Shown here piece by piece: positions 26,927 to 32,000 of a stretch of DNA of 32,000 bases. The notes below the pieces were generated by a model, which worked only from the letters and a program-made list of their open reading frames with translations, made no database searches and was not told the origin of the DNA. Origin of the DNA: Formosa sp. Hel1_33_131. GTDB taxonomy: Bacteria > Bacteroidota > Bacteroidia > Flavobacteriales > Flavobacteriaceae. How positions within the stretch are numbered: the first letter of the stretch is position 1; every line of letters begins with the position of its first letter. The stretch is from the NCBI RefSeq assembly GCF_001735745.1, contig NZ_CP017260.1, forward strand, positions 960,001-992,000. The letters run 5' to 3'. The position numbers and the translations under genes were made by a program.

Positions 26927-27775
26927 CTAATCGATTTGAGTGATCATTCTGTGATAGCGTTGCACAACATTTGGATCGGGAAGTACCGTGGTATGTGAGA
27001 TTCCTTTTCGGTCGTAATCAAAATGAGATAAGACGTGTCGTATACTTTCCAAGCGCGCTTGTTTTTTGTTGTTCGTTTTTATAATAATCCAGGGACTAAT
27101 TGAGGTGTGTGTTTTACTGAACATCTGTTCTTTGTAAAAGGTGTATTTGTCCCATCTGTTCTGTCCTTCTTTATCAACGGGGCTAAATTTCCACTGCTTT
27201 AAAGGGTTTTTTAATCTAGAATTGAAGCGTCTTTCTTGCTCTTCTTTTGAAATTGAAAACCAAAATTTGATGATAATCACGCCATCTTCATAAAGCATGT
27301 GTTCAAATTCAGGCACTTGCAACATGAATTTTTTATATTGTTCTTCTCCACAAAAATCCATCACAGGTTCCACCACCGCACGGTTGTACCAGCTTCGGTC
27401 AAAAAACACCAACTCTCCAGGGTCTGGCAATTCTTTTATATAGCGTCTAAAGTACCATTGTCCTTTTTCAATTTTTGTTGGCTTGGTAAGTGCTACAACG
27501 CGCATGGATCGGGGGTTTAGGTGTTCGGTAAAACGACGTATGGCACCTCCTTTTCCAGCAGCATCCCGTCCTTCAAATAGCACACAAACACGTTTTTTGT
27601 GCTTGGCAGTCCATTGTTGTAATTCAACCAATTCGGCTTGAAGCTTTAACAGTTCTGACTCGTAGTCGATGGTTTCAATAAGCGACCCATAGTTTGATTT
27701 CGTAATTTTAGACTTTATGGTCTTTTTAAACGATTTTATTCCCGAATATGATTCAAAATCTTTTTGAGTGAGCAT
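26927..27775 (-). CDS. Polyphosphate kinase 2 (single-domain PPK2), copy B
   Basis: The same motif set as copy A (FEGRDAAGKGG, DRSWYNRAVVEPV, FWFSISKEEQERRF...QWKFS). The ORF track begins at a TTG (27781). The first ATG (27775, MLTQKDF...) is the more likely start. It lies 2 nt upstream of copy A. Confidence 0.9.
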   Translation of the reverse strand: MLTQKDFESYSGIKSFKKTIKSKITKSNYGSLIETIDYESELLKLQAELVELQQWTAKHKKRVCVLFEGRDAAGKGGAIRRFTEHLNPRSMRVVALTKPTKIEKGQWYFRRYIKELPDPGELVFFDRSWYNRAVVEPVMDFCGEEQYKKFMLQVPEFEHMLYEDGVIIIKFWFSISKEEQERRFNSRLKNPLKQWKFSPVDKEGQNRWDKYTFYKEQMFSKTHTSISPWIIIKTNNKKQARLESIRHVLSHFDYDRKGISHTTVLPDPNVVQRYHRMITQID

Positions 27776-27792
27776 AAGCAAATTAATTTTAA

Positions 27793-28440
27793 TTATTTAT
27801 TTAATAGTATTTGAGGTTTTAAATACTTCATAAATTCTATTCTTGAAATAGACTCTGCACCTAAACTTTCAAGATGATTGGTATGCAACTGGCAGTCAAT
27901 AAGTTTATACTTTGAGTTTTGAACAAAGCTTGTAAACCCAATTTTACTAGCATTACTCACATAACTAAACATACTTTCTCCACAAAAAATTGTGTCATTC
28001 AATTCAACACCATACAACCCGCCTACCAATTTTTTGTTTTGCCACACCTCCACAGATTTCGCAATCCCTCTTTGGTGTAATTCACAATAAGTCTCAATCA
28101 TTTTATCTGTAATCCATGTGCCGGATTGCGCTTCTCGTTTTACTTTGGCACAAGCTTGGATAACTTCTTTAAAATTACGGTTTACAGTAATTTCAAAAGA
28201 TTGATTTTTCAAAATTTGTTTCGTGCTTTTCGAAACCTTCAGCTTATGAGGGTATAGCACAAAACGAGGATCTGGCGCCCACCACAATATGGGTTGATCC
28301 GATTCATACCAAGGAAAAATTCCATTTTGATAAGCGAACAGGACGCGTTCTGGAGACAAATCACCACCAACTGCCAAAAGCCCTTCTGAATTTGCTTCTG
28401 TCAATGGTGGAAATTCTATGGTTTCATTTAGCCACTTCAT
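27793..28440 (-). CDS. aat: Leucyl/phenylalanyl-tRNA--protein transferase
   Basis: 215 aa. EGLLAVGGDLSPERVLFAYQNGIFPWY...PILWWAPDPR...GESMFS are typical Aat motifs. Confidence 0.92.
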   Translation of the reverse strand: MKWLNETIEFPPLTEANSEGLLAVGGDLSPERVLFAYQNGIFPWYESDQPILWWAPDPRFVLYPHKLKVSKSTKQILKNQSFEITVNRNFKEVIQACAKVKREAQSGTWITDKMIETYCELHQRGIAKSVEVWQNKKLVGGLYGVELNDTIFCGESMFSYVSNASKIGFTSFVQNSKYKLIDCQLHTNHLESLGAESISRIEFMKYLKPQILLNK

Positions 28441-28478
28441 ACATTTTTATATTGAAGTGTTCCTTGTTTTAACGTTTG

Positions 28479-28853
28479 TTAAAACGGCAAATCGTTTGGC
28501 TCGTCTGCTGTCAAATCTGTTGCAGGCTCAAAAGCTTGTGCAGGTGCTACAGCTGCGGCATTGGCAGGAGCAGCTTGCTGTAAATTATCAATACGCCATC
28601 CTTGAATCGCATTAAAATACTTTGCTTCGCCTTGTGGGTTGATCCACTCTCTTCCACGTAAGTTGATCCCTACTTTTATTTGCTGTCCAACTTGGTAGCT
28701 ATCTAAAAGATCTGTTTTGTCTTGAACAAATTCCACCATAATGTGTTGTGGATATTGTTCTTCTGTAGTGACAACCAATTCACGTTTTCTAAATCCATTA
28801 GAACCAATAGATTGTGTTTCTCCGATAAGTTTGATTTTTCCTTGTATTTCCAT
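28479..28853 (-). CDS. DUF3127 domain protein (OB-fold, SSB-like) with an SSB-type C-terminal tail
   Basis: 124 aa. The N-terminal ~95 aa (MEIQGKIKLIGETQSIGSNGFRKRELVVTTEEQYPQHIMVEF...) fit the DUF3127 pattern. An Ala/Pro/Gln-rich linker follows, and the terminal sequence is ...ADEPNDLPF. Confidence 0.75.
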   Translation of the reverse strand: MEIQGKIKLIGETQSIGSNGFRKRELVVTTEEQYPQHIMVEFVQDKTDLLDSYQVGQQIKVGINLRGREWINPQGEAKYFNAIQGWRIDNLQQAAPANAAAVAPAQAFEPATDLTADEPNDLPF

Positions 28854-29005
28854 TTTTATTTTTAAAATTGACGATTAATGTAAAGAATTTTTTAAATATA
28901 TACAAATTTAACAAATTATGAGTCTAACTAAAAGTAGAAAGCGATAATATAAAACAATAAATTCACGATAAATACATTATATTTAGAATTGAAAAAAATA
29001 TACCA

Positions 29006-30157
29006 ATGAAAATTTCATCAAAACAACATGTTTTACGCTGGGTAACGATTGCCATTTCATTCCTAATTATTTCATTGATTTTATGGAATACCTATCGCTT
29101 TTTTCAAAAATTCAAGGAAGAAGAGCGCATCAAAATGGAGAATTTTTCTGAAGCACAAAACGAGCTTGGAAAGATTATTGACCTCAACGGAAATATAAGT
29201 GATTTTCCTTTAAAAATAATTCAAAGCAATACCACGACTCCGATGATTATTGAAAATTCTGAGGGTAGTTTTCAATCTAAAAATATTCAACAACTGTCTG
29301 ATAATAATCAAGAATATCTCAAAAGTTTAAGCTTAAAATTTAGCAACGAAAACACTCCTATTGAATTTATTTATGAAGGCGAAACACTCTCGACGATCTA
29401 CTATGGGAATTCTGATTTACTGAACAAACTGAAGTATTATCCCTTTGCACTTGTCTTGATTTTTTTGTTATTTAGTGGGATTGTCTATTTTTATTATAAG
29501 AGTTCAAGAACGGCTTCTCAAAATAAACTTTGGACGGGAATGGCTAAGGAAACCGCCCATCAAATTGGAACGCCGTTGTCTTCGCTTATAGGCTGGACCG
29601 AACTTTTAAAATCAGAAGCTGTGAATCCGGCTTACATTGCTGAGATTGAAAAAGATATTCATCGTTTAGAAACCATTACTGAACGCTTTAGTAAAATTGG
29701 GTCAATTCCTCTATTAAAGACTACCAATATTGTAACGGCAACACAAGAGTCTTTTGACTATTTGGAATCTCGAAGTAGCAAGTTGATCACCTTTAAAATG
29801 AATGCTCCAGAGGAAGACATTTTAGTCGCTTTGAACCCCGAACTTTACAGTTGGACCATTGAAAATTTGGTTAAGAATGGAATCGATGCCATGAAAGGTG
29901 AGGGCCATATTGAGGTTTCTATACAGGCTACAGAAGCGTTGGTTTTAATAGATGTTAGTGACACTGGAAAAGGGCTTTCTAAAAAATTATTTAGTAAGGT
30001 TTTTGAAACAGGATATACGTCTAAAAAACGCGGCTGGGGATTAGGATTGTCTCTTTCCAAACGAATTATTGAGGAATATCACAAAGGAAAAATTAGAGTA
30101 TTTCAATCTGAGGCTGGGGAAGGCACGACACTTCGAATTAGTTTAAAACGCTTATAA
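29006..30157 (+). CDS. Sensor histidine kinase (two TM helices, no adjacent response regulator)
   Basis: 383 aa. TM helices are near residues 10-30 and 145-165. H-box ETAHQIGTPLSSLIGWTELL, N-box ENLVKNGIDA, G1 DTGKG, G2 GWGLGLS. Confidence 0.85.
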   Translation: MKISSKQHVLRWVTIAISFLIISLILWNTYRFFQKFKEEERIKMENFSEAQNELGKIIDLNGNISDFPLKIIQSNTTTPMIIENSEGSFQSKNIQQLSDNNQEYLKSLSLKFSNENTPIEFIYEGETLSTIYYGNSDLLNKLKYYPFALVLIFLLFSGIVYFYYKSSRTASQNKLWTGMAKETAHQIGTPLSSLIGWTELLKSEAVNPAYIAEIEKDIHRLETITERFSKIGSIPLLKTTNIVTATQESFDYLESRSSKLITFKMNAPEEDILVALNPELYSWTIENLVKNGIDAMKGEGHIEVSIQATEALVLIDVSDTGKGLSKKLFSKVFETGYTSKKRGWGLGLSLSKRIIEEYHKGKIRVFQSEAGEGTTLRISLKRL

Positions 30158-30541
30158 GAAAGAGGTGATTTTTTTTGCTAGAGCTTCAAATTCTGCTGGA
30201 AGCAATATTTCTTTTTTGATGAATTGCGCATCCTCCATGCTATTTAAAGGAATCAAATGTACGTGCACGTGGGGCACTTCTAGTCCAATCACAGTCATCC
30301 CAACACGTTTGCAGTCGACTGCTTTTTCTATGGCGAGGGCAACGGTTCTTGAAAAATCCATCAATTCTAAGTAGTCCGAAGAATCTAAATCAAAAATCTT
30401 ATTGACTTCTTTTTTTGGAATACAAAGCGTATGACCTTTGGCATTGGGATTAACATCCAAGAATGCTAAAAATTTGGCCGTTTCAGCGACCTTATAACAG
30501 GGTATTTCTTTGTTAACTATTTTGGTGAAAATCGAACTCAT
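30152..30541 (-). CDS. HIT family (histidine triad) nucleotide hydrolase
   Basis: 129 aa. FLDVNPNAKGHTLCIPKK and the histidine triad HVHVHLIP. Confidence 0.9.
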   Translation of the reverse strand: MSSIFTKIVNKEIPCYKVAETAKFLAFLDVNPNAKGHTLCIPKKEVNKIFDLDSSDYLELMDFSRTVALAIEKAVDCKRVGMTVIGLEVPHVHVHLIPLNSMEDAQFIKKEILLPAEFEALAKKITSFL

Positions 30542-30562
30542 GGGCTACTTATAAGAATTAAT

Positions 30563-31036
30563 TTATCTTGAAATATTCATGATTTCAAATTTCAAAATAC
30601 CATTAGGGACCTGTATTTCAGCAATATCTCCAACGCTTTTTCCTAACAATCCTTTTCCGATTGGTGAATTTACAGAGATTTTTCCTGCAGCCAAATCTGC
30701 TTCACCGTCCGCCACAAGAAGGTAGTCTAATTCCATTCCGTTAGACTGATTTTTTATTTTCACTTTAGACAGCACCAATGCTTTGGAAGCATCGAGTTGA
30801 GATTCATCTATCAAACGGGCGCCAGCCATGGTGTCTTCAAGTTTTGCAATGCGCATTTCTAGCATGCCTTGTGCTTCTTTGGCAGCATCGTATTCTGCAT
30901 TTTCACTCAAATCGCCTTTATCTCTTGCTTCCGCAATCGCTCTTGAGGCTTTGATGCGTTCCACATCTTTGAGTTGCTTTAACTCGTCTCTTAATCTTTT
31001 TAATCCTTCGGCCGTGTAGTAAGATACATTGCTCAT
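30563..31036 (-). CDS. greA: Transcription elongation factor GreA
   Basis: 157 aa. N-terminal coiled coil with GDLSENAEYDAAKEAQ, and a C-terminal domain with SPIGKGLLGKSVGD. Confidence 0.95.
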   Translation of the reverse strand: MSNVSYYTAEGLKRLRDELKQLKDVERIKASRAIAEARDKGDLSENAEYDAAKEAQGMLEMRIAKLEDTMAGARLIDESQLDASKALVLSKVKIKNQSNGMELDYLLVADGEADLAAGKISVNSPIGKGLLGKSVGDIAEIQVPNGILKFEIMNISR

Positions 31037-31110
31037 AACTGATAATTTTTAAAGTAGTCGTTCATTTAGGTTTTTGAATAGTCTAATCTTTATTTAGAAC
31101 TAAACGCAAA

Positions 31111-31130
31111 AATCTCGTTTCCACGAGATT
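31111..31130 (-). promoter_or_regulatory. Perfect 8-bp hairpin plus U-tract in the greA 5' leader
   Basis: On the minus strand the sequence reads AATCTCGT-GGAA-ACGAGATT followed by TTTGCGTTTAG. A TAnnTTTG-type box (TATATTTG, 31144->31137) sits just upstream. The greA ATG is ~75 nt downstream. Confidence 0.5.
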
Positions 31131-31238
31131 GCACTACAAATATACAAAATATTTATCTTACTGTGGTTTTTGTCGTAAATTGAGCCCTTAATTTACATGA
31201 ATCTTAGACTTCGTCAAATGTCATATCAATCTAAAAAA

Positions 31239-31676
31239 ATGAAGCTTAAAACATTGAAACTGTATGCTATGTTGCTCTTTCTTTGCATGTGCTGTTCAAA
31301 AGATAATAATACCGATGCAAATTGTAATTTTTTAGTCAATTTCAATGTATCCGCTTCATTAAACCTCAGCCTTTCGCAGTACAATCAACTGACGTTTCCT
31401 AACAACCCTGTGTATGTTCCTAACGAAGGAAATGGCGGAATCATTGTAAATAATACAGGCACGGGCTATGTGGCCTTTGATGCCGCAGACCCCAACCATA
31501 TTTTCAGCGATTGTTCGGTGCTTTCTATCAATGGACTTAAGGGGACTTGTGGGTGTAGCGATGCCAATAAATACAGTCTAATTACAGGGCAATCTTTAGA
31601 GAATACAGCCTTGCGTTGTGTGCTTAAAGCCTATTTTGTAGAAAAAAACGGCAATACACTTTATATTTCCAACTAA
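31239..31676 (+). CDS. Hypothetical lipoprotein (possible degenerate Rieske-like fold)
   Basis: The ORF is open from the ATG at 31197, but the ATG at 31239 gives a typical lipoprotein signal MKLKTLKLYAMLLFLCMCCSKD. Rieske-like spacing is visible in ...GGIIVNNTGTGYVAFDAADPNH...GTCGCSDANKYSLITGQ...LKAYFVEKNGNTLYI, although the canonical CxH/CxxH ligands are absent. Confidence 0.5.
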   Translation: MKLKTLKLYAMLLFLCMCCSKDNNTDANCNFLVNFNVSASLNLSLSQYNQLTFPNNPVYVPNEGNGGIIVNNTGTGYVAFDAADPNHIFSDCSVLSINGLKGTCGCSDANKYSLITGQSLENTALRCVLKAYFVEKNGNTLYISN

Positions 31677-31678
31677 AA

Positions 31679-31704
31679 AAATAGCGCACCGAAGTACGCT
31701 ATTT
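31679..31704. terminator. Bidirectional hairpin terminator between convergent genes
   Basis: AAATAGCG (31679-31686) pairs with CGCTATTT (31697-31704) across a 10-nt loop. An A-run lies upstream, which gives a T-run on the minus strand, and T-rich sequence lies downstream. It sits between the lipoprotein gene (+) and the TonB-dependent receptor gene (-). Confidence 0.6.
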
Positions 31705-31724
31705 ATCTTCTTTAGTTTAATTTT

Positions 31725-32000
31725 TTAAAACTTCAAAGTAAGCCCTACCAAGAAATTTCGTGTGGCTTGAGGGTAATAGCCCGCTCCTTCAATCGTGGTT
31801 ACTTGACCAGGAACTGACCAGTCGTCATCGTAAGTGTAATAATAGCCATTGGACACATATTCTTCATTAAGAATGTTATTTATTAAAGCTGACACAACTA
31901 CAGATTTAAATACTGATTTTGGATTCCAACGATAAGAAATATTAAAATCATTTACCAAATAGCTTTCAAGTCTTGAAGCTTTAGTATCTGTATTCCCCAT
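31725..32000 (-). CDS. TonB-dependent receptor / outer-membrane beta-barrel protein, C-terminal fragment (5' end lies outside the window)
   Basis: The C-terminal sequence ...GAGYYPQATRNFLVGLTLKF has alternating beta-strand character and a terminal aromatic Phe, as expected for TonB-dependent receptors. The ORF runs off the window edge. Confidence 0.6.
   Translation of the reverse strand: MGNTDTKASRLESYLVNDFNISYRWNPKSVFKSVVVSALINNILNEEYVSNGYYYTYDDDWSVPGQVTTIEGAGYYPQATRNFLVGLTLKF

Noticed and set aside
28466-28485. 8-bp hairpin GTTTTAAC-GTTT-GTTAAAAC spanning the DUF3127 stop codon, upstream of aat
   Set aside because: On the coding (minus) strand no U-tract follows it, and the stem is almost entirely A/T. 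There is not enough evidence to call it a terminator or attenuator.

Overview
This 32-kb window is a gene-dense, low-GC chromosomal segment that looks like a Flavobacteriia-type Bacteroidota genome. Two secreted proteins end in T9SS C-terminal sorting domains, the ftsX-DUF3098-uppP-truB gene order is present, and TAnnTTTG-like promoter boxes occur. I can support 35 protein-coding genes, two of them cut by the window edges. I see no tRNA or rRNA, no CRISPR array, no transposase or integrase, and no recognisable defence system. Most genes are housekeeping: pckA, leuS, ruvC, hemW, truB, uppP, ftsX, greA, tag and aat. Three things look accessory. (i) A complete four-enzyme trans-4-hydroxy-L-proline to alpha-ketoglutarate cluster with a divergent AraC regulator (1663-7405) sits next to an M20 dipeptidase and a T9SS-secreted M28 peptidase. 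(ii) A 954-aa T9SS-secreted M9 collagenase-like protein carries a three-fold beta-trefoil-like module (13460-16324). (iii) The only large non-coding gap (12964-13459) holds a tandemly duplicated ~95-bp module, hairpins with a compensatory stem substitution, and four copies of the 12-mer TACTTTAAATTG. That non-coding element is the least explained feature and my best candidate for something undescribed. Smaller observations are a hairpin plus U-tract in the greA leader, a DUF3127 protein with an SSB-like ...DLPF tail, tandem PPK2 paralogs, and a SemiSWEET gene with no ATG start that overlaps the leuS stop. I found no convincing evidence of a wholly new multi-gene system. All family calls rest on reading motifs in the translations by eye and need HMM or BLAST confirmation.
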